Assembly: GCF_964204645.1 (NCBI RefSeq)
Contig: NC_134034.1
Span: forward strand, 6,236,914 to 6,300,913
From: Tubulanus polymorphus
Lineage: Eukaryota; Animalia; Nemertea
Direction: 5' to 3'
DNA: 64,000 nucleotides
Numbering within the stretch: position 1 is the first letter of the stretch; every line of letters starts with the position of its first letter. A program made the translations under genes and the position numbers. Of the stretch, positions 25,946 through 36,673 are shown piece after piece. The notes under the pieces are model-generated. The model was not told the origin of the DNA. It saw only the letters and a program-made list of their open reading frames with translations, and ran no database searches.

Positions 25946-26239
25946 TTACTTGTAATACATGTACTTACAATAAAACTTAGTTAGTATGAATGAGAAATGG
26001 AATATGACTTTAAATTCATTTTGATTGTCTCAGATGCCTGGAAATTGAGTCTAAGCAGAACTAAAAACTCTAAAACTTCTAGTAGCCACGGCGGCCACTG
26101 TTTGGGTTTTTTCAGCTTTTTTCCTTATGAGCCTCTCACATGTATGCATCATGAAAATTAGAATCTCCAACATCCAGGACTTCCGAGTCTGAACTATACA
26201 ATTCCTGAGTTTGAAATATCCCGACTTGAACTCCGGATG

Positions 26240-26424
26240 GTCCAGATTTTGAAATTCTAAGAGATCTACTCATGTGAGGACTTTTCCCTAATGGACAGGG
26301 AGTCCAGATTTTGAAATTCTAAGAGATCTACTCATGTGAGGACTTTTCCCTAATGGACAGGGAGTCCAGATTTTGAAATTCTAAGAGATCTACTCATGTG
26401 AGGGCTTTTCCCGAATGGACAGGG
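26240..26424. repeat. 63-bp tandem repeat, about three copies
   Basis: gtccagattttgaaattctaagagatctactcatgtgaggacttttccctaatggacaggga repeated. Confidence 0.9.
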
Positions 26425-26920
26425 AAGCACAGCCTTTCGAATGCAGCAAAACTGCACCCTGATTCTCTGGAGACAGTTTTTGAATAGCCGAATGATATGT
26501 CTGCAGGATTTCTCTACCTGATACAACTTTTCTTCAGACCAAAAACCCCTCACCTAGCACCATAGGGTTGTTTGCCAGCCCTCCCTCCATGATACTGCCC
26601 TTTGGAAAATGTCTTAGGGAAGGAAAGAAACCAGAATAGGAAAGGAAACATCACTTGAAGGAGATGTGTGCAAACTTATAATTGCACATGTTTTTGAAAG
26701 ATGCATATAACATTATATTTGAGGTCCCTAATCTACTACCCCACATTTTTCCTGGTCCTTTAAGATTTATTGAGAAACACAAATGATAGTCTATGTGGTC
26801 TCATATTAGCCCAAATTTTTTTTTTTACTGTGTGATCAGCATAATTTGGTCGTACCATTTGATAACCCATTTGTTAAGTCTTTTCATCTATACTATAGTA
26901 CTCTCAACTTTTTATTATAG

Positions 26921-26999
26921 ACACTACTAACCAATTTTATGAGCCCCCCTCGGAAGAAGATGAATTGATTTCGCCTCTAGAACACTGCATACGAACTAA
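26921..26999 (+). CDS. MINDY4: MINDY4 exon
   Basis: ttatag|(D)TTNQFYEPPSEEDELISPLEHCIRT(K)|gtaagt. Confidence 0.9.
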
Positions 27000-27355
27000 G
27001 TAAGTCAATTAAAGCTGCAATTGATCAGGCGGAGACAATTAGCCCATATCAGGCTGAGTAAATTTTGGATTGTCCTAAGAAGAGCCCGCATTCACACGCA
27101 AACAACTCACTTGATACCAAACTATGCCTTGACAGAGTGAGTCACTTCTGATACCAGCTGCAATTCACACACAATAATTTGACCCTTGCTAAAATTTGCC
27201 ATTACCCAGATTTTTCAAATAACATTCAGCATCTTGAAATCTAAGCCTGTGAGTTTTCTCATTGGAGTACCCAATTAGAAATGTACTGATAAACCCAAAA
27301 TTCCTTGTTTTATCTATCCATGATAGAACCGGTGTGTTTATCTATCTTATTACAG

Positions 27356-27404
27356 GTGGCATGATGCCTGCATTGATTGGAATGGCACCGATCCATTGTT
27401 ATGA
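27356..27404 (+). CDS. MINDY4: MINDY4 terminal coding exon
   Basis: ttacag|(K)WHDACIDWNGTDPLL*; matches the conserved MINDY4 C-terminus KW....WNG.DP.L. Confidence 0.9.
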
Positions 27405-27995
27405 GTTTTCTGAGCCATTGGAGGATGAGATCAGATGTATACAAGTGCGGACCAATGAATTCGATTTTGATAAATTCTTATGTTCTTTAGCGCTGCTTAC
27501 ATACAACCAACCACTGTTGAATCTTGTTTAATACGAAACCCCCTGTTATACAGTGGTTTCCAGATTGAGATATTTATAGTGCAGGCCAATCAAACCACTT
27601 ATCGATAAAGATTTGTACTAATGTTGGCCTAACGATATTTTGAAGTCATTCACTTGAAATCATGCAATCATTGGTGGCACTTTTTATAAAGTTTTTCAAG
27701 GATGCTGCAAGCACTTATATACTTGATCTTTCATATATACTTGTATCCCCGAGTGCCTATCAGTAAGAGAATTTAGATCAATTGAACAAAAAATGGCCAT
27801 CCAGTGACTTAATTCAGAGGCCTGTAGCTTCTTAATGGTTTGCCATTTTTCATTAAAATTCATGTTGGGTTTCTTAGGGAAGTGTCATTGACATATTTGT
27901 TAAGTTGTTTTCTTGTTTCATGTCAACCAATTTAAACTAATAGTCTTGATACTTGTCATAAGATAAATATCCTCACTTTGAAATGGGCTCAGTCA

Positions 27996-29053
27996 GTTTT
28001 TAGCCGACAAGGGGACTTTAGTCACAGTGGGCTATTGCGTTCACTTTTCGTCCGTCGTCCATTCTTTTTAGCGTCCGTCCGTCTGTAGATGGAATGCAGT
28101 TATTTTGGGAAGTTTTGAAGATGCTTCAATGTAATGTCTTGATATTTGGGTTACAGATGTATCTACCCTAGACACATCTTCAGCCCAAAAACTGGCCCTC
28201 TCAGAATCAAGATGGCCGACTGGAAGCCATTGTTGTTCCCCAAAATCAGCACTTTTTACATGTTTTGAACTTTTTGAGGGAAATTTTGAAGACGTCTTGA
28301 CCAATTACCTTGATCTTTCGTATATATTTATCAGCATAACAAAAATTGGTTCAATCGGAGTCAAGATGGTCGTCCTAGGACCTTTTAAGTGCCCAAAAAT
28401 ATCAATTTTGGCCCAATTTCTGAGTCCTGTAGCTTCCTACTGGTTTGCCATTTCTCATTGCAATTGCTGATGGGTATTCTTTGGAAAGGAATGTTTAATG
28501 ACATTATATTGATTCCTAAGCATATTTTGTTACCACAATGAATAAGTTGAAGTTTATAACATGTTTTATGATTGTGGTGAGATATTGGTCAAGGTCATTG
28601 GTTTTTGTATATGGTCACCTGGGGGTGTTGAATGGTACAATATCTTAGTATTTCTATATTATATATGTACCAATACATACTTTGTTACCACAATCAATTG
28701 CAAGGTTGTAGCTCATGACATCGTCTATGATTGTGGTGAGTTTTAAGGAAATTAATTATTCTGGTCACCTTGGGGCGTTGATTAGAATAACCCAGTATGT
28801 CCTTATTATGTTGGTACCTAGGCATATTTTGTTACCATGATCCATTGCAAAGTTGTAGTTCATGACATGTTCTATGATTGTGGTGAGTTTCAAGGTTATT
28901 GGGTTTTGAATATGGTCACCAGGGGCGTTTAATAGTAGAATAACTTAGTATTTCCATATAAAATTGGTAACGAGGCATATTTTGCTATCATAATCCATTA
29001 CAAAATCGTAGCTGCTGACATGTTCTATGATTGTGGTGAGTTTCAAGGTCATT
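27996..29053 (+). mobile_element. HINE family A copy, 3' truncated
   Basis: Collinear with 20856-22095 but lacks the CTAG end. Confidence 0.75.
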
Positions 29054-29289
29054 GAGCCGTCATCCATTCATTCAGTTGTTAATTCGTTCAGGCATCTGTC
29101 AACTATTTCTTCAAATTGCTTCTAGTCCTACAGTTTTAATCAGATCAAATGCAAAAATTGGTCTGAATGTTCTATTGACCAACCCTACTAAGTTGTAGAT
29201 CCATTTTGCAGATTTTTCCTCCGGCGTGTGACCATGGGGTGGAGCTTCTATTTATTCATATTGCTACTTGTCCCACAGCTTTTTCCCAC

Positions 29290-29432
29290 AGCCATTTTTG
29301 GATTTGGCCATCGGTATGGATGTTCAATGGACCAATACCTACAAAGGACAGAGCCATTTTTGGATTTGGCCTTCGGTATGGATGTTCAATGGACCAATTC
29401 CTACAAAGGACAGAGCCATTTTTGGATTTGGC
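29290..29432. repeat. ~61-bp tandem repeat, about 2.3 copies
   Basis: agccatttttggatttggcc..ggtatggatgttcaatggaccaat.cctacaaaggacag repeated. Confidence 0.85.
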
Positions 29433-30094
29433 CATGAGGGGGCACCCTTTGGTATGGAGCTTCTATTTCGACACCAAATCACACAGTGGAGCTATATAAG
29501 CCAATAGGCTGCTTGTTGTACTTCCCGGCAGCAGCAACACAATTTTGAATTATAAACAATTTGTTAATACATATTGGTACTTACGGATACATATCTTGTA
29601 ACTGCTCTCAATTTCAAAGTCCTTGCTGGACATGTTCTATGATTAAATGGCCGATCCAAATGGTGCCCATGGGGATCTGGACAACTCCCCTGAAATTTTT
29701 AGGTGCCTTGAAATTTCCATCCTCTCAAATATTCTAGACTGAATATTTTCTGAAGATCAAAATTATCACTGAATGACTGTGTTGTGGCAATGAGCTGTTT
29801 TACCAATTCTTGGAAGACCTTAAAAACCATTTTGTATGGGAACAACGAAATTGCAGCAAAGCTTAGAAAAAGGCCCTAAATTTCTTATTGGTAAGTCTCT
29901 GTGATTGTGCTAGTTTTGTATATGATTATTTCCAGGGGGCATTGAATAGCAGAATAGCTTTGTATATCAATATCATATTTGTTCTTAGGTATATTTTGCA
30001 ACCAAGATTCATTCAAACAACATTTGATGATATTACTATTGAAGTTATTGCATTGACAGGGCCTGTTCATACTTCTGCTTTAAGTTCATAAGCT

Positions 30095-30648
30095 CACAGG
30101 GGCTTGTCACAATTTGATGAATGGATGATACCAGTAGTATCCCTGTATAAAAAAGAAAAGGGAGCTAACTAAATCGACTATCTGTACATTACCTTCCCAA
30201 TTCAATAGACTGTCATTTCCCGAATTTTCAACCGATTTACACGAAATAAACTCTTATAAAAACTAGAAGACTTACTTTTTTGAGCCTATGACTATCGCTC
30301 TACGATGAATATTTCACATCGAAATCGCTGTTATCCTCCAAAAAATTGGCCAAAAAAACCCAGCACGGCAAATGATTCGACGCGATTTACACGAGTGCGC
30401 GCATTAAATTGAGGACATCTTGTCCGTTTCAGGCATTAAACACCACAAACCATACATCAAACGACGCACAACAGTCTTAGTTTTTAAAAGAGTTTATTTC
30501 GTGTAAATCGGTTGAAAATTCGGGAAATGACTGTCGATTGAATTGGGAAGGTAATGTACAGATAGTCGATTTAGTTAGCTCCCTTTTCTTTTTTATTCAG
30601 GGATACTGGTATCATCCATTCATTATCAAATTGTGACAAGCCCCTGTG
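30095..30648. mobile_element. MITE with ~175-bp TIRs and an 8-bp TSD (P-element/hAT type)
   Basis: CATAAGCT|cacagggg...cccctgtg|CATAAGCT; long near-perfect inverted arms. Confidence 0.9.
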
Positions 30649-31914
30649 CATAAGCTGATAATGCGCCGATCAGTTACAATCATGTAACCTATTAGGTATT
30701 GTCATGTAGTCAGTAATGATCCAAATGTGCTAGCACAACTAGATTATTTTATACTTTATCGGTATCATTACATTATCATTACGAAATAGATTCATTCAAA
30801 GTGATAACAAATTCTTAATCCTACCTTTCGATTTATTGTTGTTGCTATTAATGTTGTGATTAAAATCAAAGAATTTTCTATTATTTATTACTCCTAACAA
30901 ATGCAATGAATATCACATATTTATTACCATCGGTTAACATCTATGAATTTAAGAAGAAACAACATGTTGAGGCACAACAGTGAGGCTTGTTACTTACTGT
31001 AGACTCCAATCCATTCAACTCAAATTGAATGGGACCAAAAAAACAAGTTAAGGGGAATTCGAGTTGGGGTTTTGAAAGTGGCTATAAAATATTAAGAAAT
31101 TAAAAATGAATTACCATTCTGTATCGATCCTACGTGGCTTGTTTGACTATTAGATGCTAAATAAAAATAAATTTTGTTAAAATAAATCTTGTTTTATCTT
31201 TTTATCTCCAGAAATTATACTTGGTGCAAGAAAGTCAAACAATTGTAAACTGTGATTTGAATCGTATTACCATTGTGAGCTTTTTTGGCGCAAAGAAAGT
31301 TGACAAAACTACCTTAACCACACACCAAATTGATGACAGTTTTGGAACAGTTTATGTGACCAAACCATACTGAATTATTGGTCCCTTGTGAGGAACGTTC
31401 CATAATAATGAGAACGGAATTTTCCAAACTAAGGTGTGAAAAAACTGCACCCAAGATGACCTGCGTGGAAAGTGGACATTTGTCACATGGAGAGTGACCA
31501 GGGGACTGAAATCTTTATTCCGAATATAGAGGAAATGACAACTCCGCGACGGCTTGGTTTAAACTGTAACTTTATTGGAAACACAGTACTGACATACAGA
31601 AAACTGATGAAGTATGAAGTTTGGCGGGAAATGAAGAACCAATGAAATGTCCAACATGAAATGCACATGAGGTGATATGAGTATGACTATTTACAATAAA
31701 ACGATTGGCCGGTTACAAGCTCACGATATGTGAGAGTACATTTCAGCTCATTTATGGTACGATTTGAGCATGGTTTCATCCACAGACAGGCATCTCCAAC
31801 ACCATTTTGTGCGACGATGACAGCCAACAACATGCGCAGAAAACTAATCAAGTTCATCTAACCTTTTAGATATGAAATAACAAGTAGTACTTTATACGTT
31901 ATACTTCTTGTTTG

Positions 31915-31965
31915 ACACACAAACTTTCGCTACTACATGTAATGTGTAGTAGCTTCATCAGGTGA
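31915..31965 (-). ncRNA. Minimal hammerhead ribozyme motif (PLE-type), degenerate
   Basis: Minus strand cac-CTGATGA-a-gctactaca(cattaca)tgtagtagc-GAAA-gttt-gtg. Confidence 0.6.
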
Positions 31966-32322
31966 ATTAGTATAGTTGATGGAAAAACAACGGCATTTAC
32001 AGGCAGACTGACACTATTAACTAGAGAGGACTGTGTAGGCAGGGTAATTACAAGTAAATTAATGAGTGACATGATAATTGACTACTAAGTGAGTGAGTAG
32101 AATTAATTACAGAACAACACAATGAAATAAATCAAAGAGAAATAAATCAAAGTAAAAATATATCAAAGTAAAATAGACAAAGAGAGATAAGGGTATACCT
32201 AAGAGCAACAAATAACAATAATGATAGTCTGCGGGATATGTCGAGATATAATAAATGGAATTTTAATCTACATGAATCTTGATTAAGTCCAAGATTAACA
32301 GTATCACCCTGTTCGATTAGTT

Positions 32323-33566
32323 TTTTGCCCACTTGGGACTTTAGTCCCAGCGGGCTATTGCGTTCACTTTTCGTCCGTCGTCCGTCCGTCCGTAGAAGGA
32401 ATCCAGTTATTTTGGGAAGTTTTGAAGACGCTTCAATTTAATGTCTTGATATTTGGGTTACACATGTATCTACCCTAGACACATCTTCAGCCCAAAAACT
32501 GGTCCTGTCAGATTCAAGATGGCCGACTGGCAGCCATTGTTGTTCGCCAAAATCAGCACTTTTTACACATTTTTGAACTTTTTGAGGGAAATTTTGAAGA
32601 AGCTTTGATCAATTACCTTGATCTTTCGGATATATGTGAATGCCTCCAGGGCCCATCAGCATAACAAAAATTGGGTCGATCGGACTCATGGCCGTCCTAT
32701 GACCTTGTCAGTGCCCAAAAATGTTAATTTTGGCCCAAATTCTGAGTCCTGTAGCTTCCTACTGGTTTATCATTTCTCATTGCAATTTGTGATGGGTATT
32801 CTTTGGAAAGGGATGTTTTATACCTGAGACAGGTATTTTTCATCAGCCAATTATGACGCAATTGGTGGCCATCTTTGTGTCAGCAGTACTCATTCGTAAG
32901 TGGGGAAAAGTTTTTCCACATTATATTGATACCTAAGCGTATTTTGCTACCACAATCATTTAGAAAGTTGTAGCTCATAACGTGTTCTATGATTGTGGTG
33001 AGTTTGAAGGTCATTGGTTTTTGTATATGGCCACCGGGGGCGTTGAATTAGTATTTCTATATTATATTTGTATCAGTGCATATTTTGTAACCACAATCAA
33101 TTGCAAAGTTGTAGCTCATGACATCATCTATGATTGTGGCAAGTTTTAAGGCCATTAGTTATTCTATATGGTCACCAGGGGGCTGAATAGTAGAATAACT
33201 TAGTATTTCCTTATTATATTGGTACCTAGGCATATTTTGTTACCATCATCAATTACAAAGTTATAGTTCGTGACATGTTCTATGATTGTGGTGAGTTTCA
33301 AGGTCATTGGGTTTTGAATATGGTCACCAGGGGGCGTTGAATAGTAGAATAACTTAGTATTTCCATATTAAAGTGGTAACGAGGCATATTTTGTTATCAC
33401 AATCAATTACAAAATCATAGCTGCTGACATGTTCTAAGATTGTGGTGAGTTTCAAGGTCATTGCATTCTGTATATGGTAACCAGGGGGCGTTGAATATTG
33501 AAATTATTAGATTGTTGAGCATTTGGAACCACTTCCCAAGTGGGCATGGTGTCCCTGGACCCCTAG
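32323..33566 (+). mobile_element. Full-length HINE family A copy
   Basis: Same termini and structure as 20856-22095; inserted at a TT with no TSD. Confidence 0.85.
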
Positions 33567-33754
33567 TTGTTCCATGATTTCGCGTGAATGTTTATTAGAA
33601 GTGTTCATTTTATGTAATGTGGTCCCTTGGTTTACTGATAGTTTGGTTGGACAATATATAGATTCAGATCTTAGGTAGAGAGTTTAGATAATTCCAAATC
33701 AATAGAAGCAAAAACAGTACAAATCTCATTTTCTAATGAGTTATATATATTTAT

Positions 33755-33800
33755 TATAGCGAACGTTTTCGGGAGTTACATTATCCCCTCTTCAGGCATA
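33755..33800 (-). ncRNA. Minimal hammerhead ribozyme motif in an inverted PLE pLTR
   Basis: Minus strand tatgc-CTGAAGA-g-ggga(taatgtaac)tccc-GAAA-acgt-TC-gctata. Confidence 0.6.
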
Positions 33801-34099
33801 GCGCAAGTGATTAAATTTACATATCATACTGGTATTTATATAGAAAAAGACGAAGCTAATTACAAACAATTTCAAATAACTGAGTGACAAGATAATTATA
33901 ATACAAAGATAATTTATTACAAGGCAAAAGAGTGTCATATGACACACAACAACGGCAAGAAACTTCTCAACTTATGGAAACAGCAACGCCATCCTGCACC
34001 CGATTGTCTCATCAACCATTCAAAATATAAACTCTCTCTCGAAGAAACTGAAGTTTTACGTTACGCCTTAAAACACCGTTCTTTTACTATGAAAATATC

Positions 34100-34262
34100 A
34101 GTAAGGATCTAATGAATGAAAACATGAAATTGAGTAACCTGAGAGTAAATTGAGATCCTTACTGATATTTTCATAGTAAAAGAAAAGCGCAGCCAATATT
34201 AATCCTCCTGCTATAAGATAATGCTTCAAATCACTTTTCCCAGTTGGAATGAATCCATCCAT
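34100..34262 (-). CDS. Small viral-type membrane protein ORF (MDGFIPTGKSDLKHYLIAGGLILAALFFYY...), 3' end rearranged
   Basis: Starts in TAATTTTTTTC-TTAAA-TAAATG like the other viral genes; one hydrophobic segment. Confidence 0.45.
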
Positions 34263-34312
34263 TTATTTAAGAAAAAAATTAAAAGTAATTTGAAATATCT
34301 TATTTTGAATAA

Positions 34313-34888
34313 TTAGAGTTGAATCATTATTTTTGAGTTATGATATTTTGATTTAAGATGGTGTGATTTATTGCTTCGAGTATAATATTTTCCACAATAA
34401 CATAACGCTTTTTCATTTGGTTCATATTTAGGTGTTTCGATTTTATTTTCTAAGTTACATTGAATTCCAACATCTTTGAATGATTTTTCATTTGGAATGT
34501 CAGGGGTAAATCTTTTTTCTTCTACTCTGAAAAACATTATATAGCATTCTCTAAAAGGGCAATAACGTAAATGTAAAAATAAAGATTTATGTGAATTCTC
34601 ATTATTAAAAAGTGATCGTATTTCATCTGTAATTATTAAATGTTGATCTATTTCATCAAATGTTGTGATTTTTGGAATTATTGTATTGAATAAGATTTTA
34701 TCTTTATCTTTCGATAACTCTATCATTAGATAATGATTTTTAAACATTAATTCAGTAATATAGTTCACTTGAAAACGAAAACGTCCAGTTTCAATCAAAT
34801 CTTTAATAGGAATGAAATTTCTAATTGTAAAATATTTTTCTAATTCATTTAAATCAATATCGTTGAACTGTAGTATCTGTTCATTCAT
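34313..34888 (-). CDS. Viral-type hypothetical protein with a C-terminal C2H2-like Zn finger
   Basis: 191-aa AT-rich ORF, TAAATG start, CYCGKYYTRSNKSHHLKSKYH. Confidence 0.6.
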   Translation of the reverse strand: MNEQILQFNDIDLNELEKYFTIRNFIPIKDLIETGRFRFQVNYITELMFKNHYLMIELSKDKDKILFNTIIPKITTFDEIDQHLIITDEIRSLFNNENSHKSLFLHLRYCPFRECYIMFFRVEEKRFTPDIPNEKSFKDVGIQCNLENKIETPKYEPNEKALCYCGKYYTRSNKSHHLKSKYHNSKIMIQL

Positions 34889-35917
34889 TTATTAGTCATC
34901 ATTTATTAAAATTGATATTTTCTTCAACTCATTAATTACTCGTTACTTTTATGTGAAAATCAAGAATTTAACATATAAATATAAATATTCACTGTTTTAA
35001 ACATGAATTATTTCACTCACACTTTTGATGTTAAAAATTTATTTTTAATCATTCGAAATCTATATTCGATCTTATTTTTCTAGATTATTATGCGTACATT
35101 TCACTCTCACTTTTAAAACATGAAATTTATTTTAAAATATATGAAATTCATTAAAATAATGTTTTAGATATATGAATATTTTAAGAGTAATTGGGAATAC
35201 GGGGTCCATGGCAAAGGTTGAAGGGTCGGAAAATAAATTCTAGTGTGCGAGAATTTATTTTTCGACCGTTCGACCTTTGGTATGAACCCCCGTATTCCCA
35301 ATTACTCAAATAATAACCGATGGAAACTCGAGCGCGAACAGTTGCTTTATTGAAAACCTCAGACATGCAACAACCTCGTTTATTAACAGCGCGAAATCGG
35401 TCTGCGGCTCAAGTTCGAATAAACGTTTTCACGACACCATCGAAAAACTCAGAAACAATCCGGATATAAAAATTAGTTCATTCGATAAGGGAACTGGTAT
35501 TGTGAATTAAGAACACTCGAAAAAATCATCTAATTATAATCAACGAGACCAAAATTTGTAATTTTCTCAGAAAACATGTAATTCTGAAATTTTTGAAAGA
35601 ATTTATCCAAGTGGCATTCAACCTGGTTAATTGTATGGCTTATGCAAAGTTCATAAAGATAACTTTCCTTTCAGACCTGTAGCTTCGATCATCGGCACTG
35701 CTAAATACAATCTGGCTAAGTATCTGGATAAAATTATCAAACCACTTATTTCTACCTGGGAGTTTCTGGAAAGGCTTAAGGTTTTCATTTTTCACCCTTC
35801 TGATATACCCATTAGTTTTGATGTCGAATCTCTGTTTACAAACGTACCGCTCAAAGAAACTATAGACCTAATTTCGGATTATACCTACAAATCAGATTCC
35901 AAACCCTCGTACGGTAA

Positions 35918-36137
35918 GGCTAAACAAAAATGATACCTTGTTTCTCCGCAGCGGCCGGGTCATTTTTGTAAAATATGATCAAATTTATAAACAGTTCATT
36001 TCTATAGCGGCCGGGTCTGTTATGGTAAAATTGATCACGATTTTAAAAAAAGTAATGTATAGGGTAGATAGGCGGCCGGCCGGGTCAACATTTAAGCTCA
36101 GCAGAGCGGAGAAACAAAGTATCAATTTTTTTTAGCC
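35918..36137. mobile_element. PIF/Harbinger-type MITE inserted in the PLE RT
   Basis: TAA|ggctaaacaaaaatgataccttgtttctccgc...gcggagaaacaaagtatcaattttttttagcc|TAA; the RT frame resumes after it. Confidence 0.85.
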
Positions 36138-36673
36138 TAAGGCTACGTTTAAACAACTTCTCAGTATCGCAACATCTGGAATGTTTATGCACAACAATCG
36201 TCTATTTAAACAAGTTGATGTAACAATGGGCAGCCCATTAGGCCCTACTTTAGCTAACTTCTATCTGGCACACATTTTCAGAATTTACTATTGACTGATT
36301 GCAAATTCAAACCCACATTGTACCTTAGATATGTTGATGACATTTTCTGTATTTTTCGAATTAACTCCAACTACAATTCATTTTTGATGCACTAAATACT
36401 ATGCATCCTAATCTGAAATTCACTTTTGAACTTGGCCCGAACATTTTACCCTTTTTAGATACTCTCATTCTAGCACAGACTGACACTGGTAGTATTGATT
36501 TCATCTCATGCGTCTATAGAAAAGCTTCTAATACTGGATTACTTTTGAATTTTAATGCAATGTGTCCTTACAAATGGAAATCTGGTCTTATCAACAAGTA
36601 ATTGGAAAATGAGGGTTTCATTCGAGAGGTCGGCACATCACTCATCACCACAAGTAATTTTTTTTCCTAATAA

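Larger units (their letters stand above)
31870..33680 (-). mobile_element. Penelope-like element 3' relic (GIY-YIG C-terminal tail plus pLTR), split by a HINE
   Basis: Joining 33567+ to <32322 on the minus strand gives ..KHSREIMEQ|LIEQGDTVNLGLNQD, resembling a PLE GIY-YIG C-terminus; hammerhead core downstream. Confidence 0.55.
33955..36597 (+). pseudogene. Penelope-like element RT ORF relic, in pieces 33955-34080 and ~35420-36597
   Basis: INHSKYKLSLEETEVLRYALKH; ISSFDKGTGIV; LYGLCKVHK..PFRPV; SFDVESLFTNVP; MGSPLGPTLAN; RYVDDIF; HPNLKFTFE..LPFLD; VYRK.SNTG. Confidence 0.85.
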
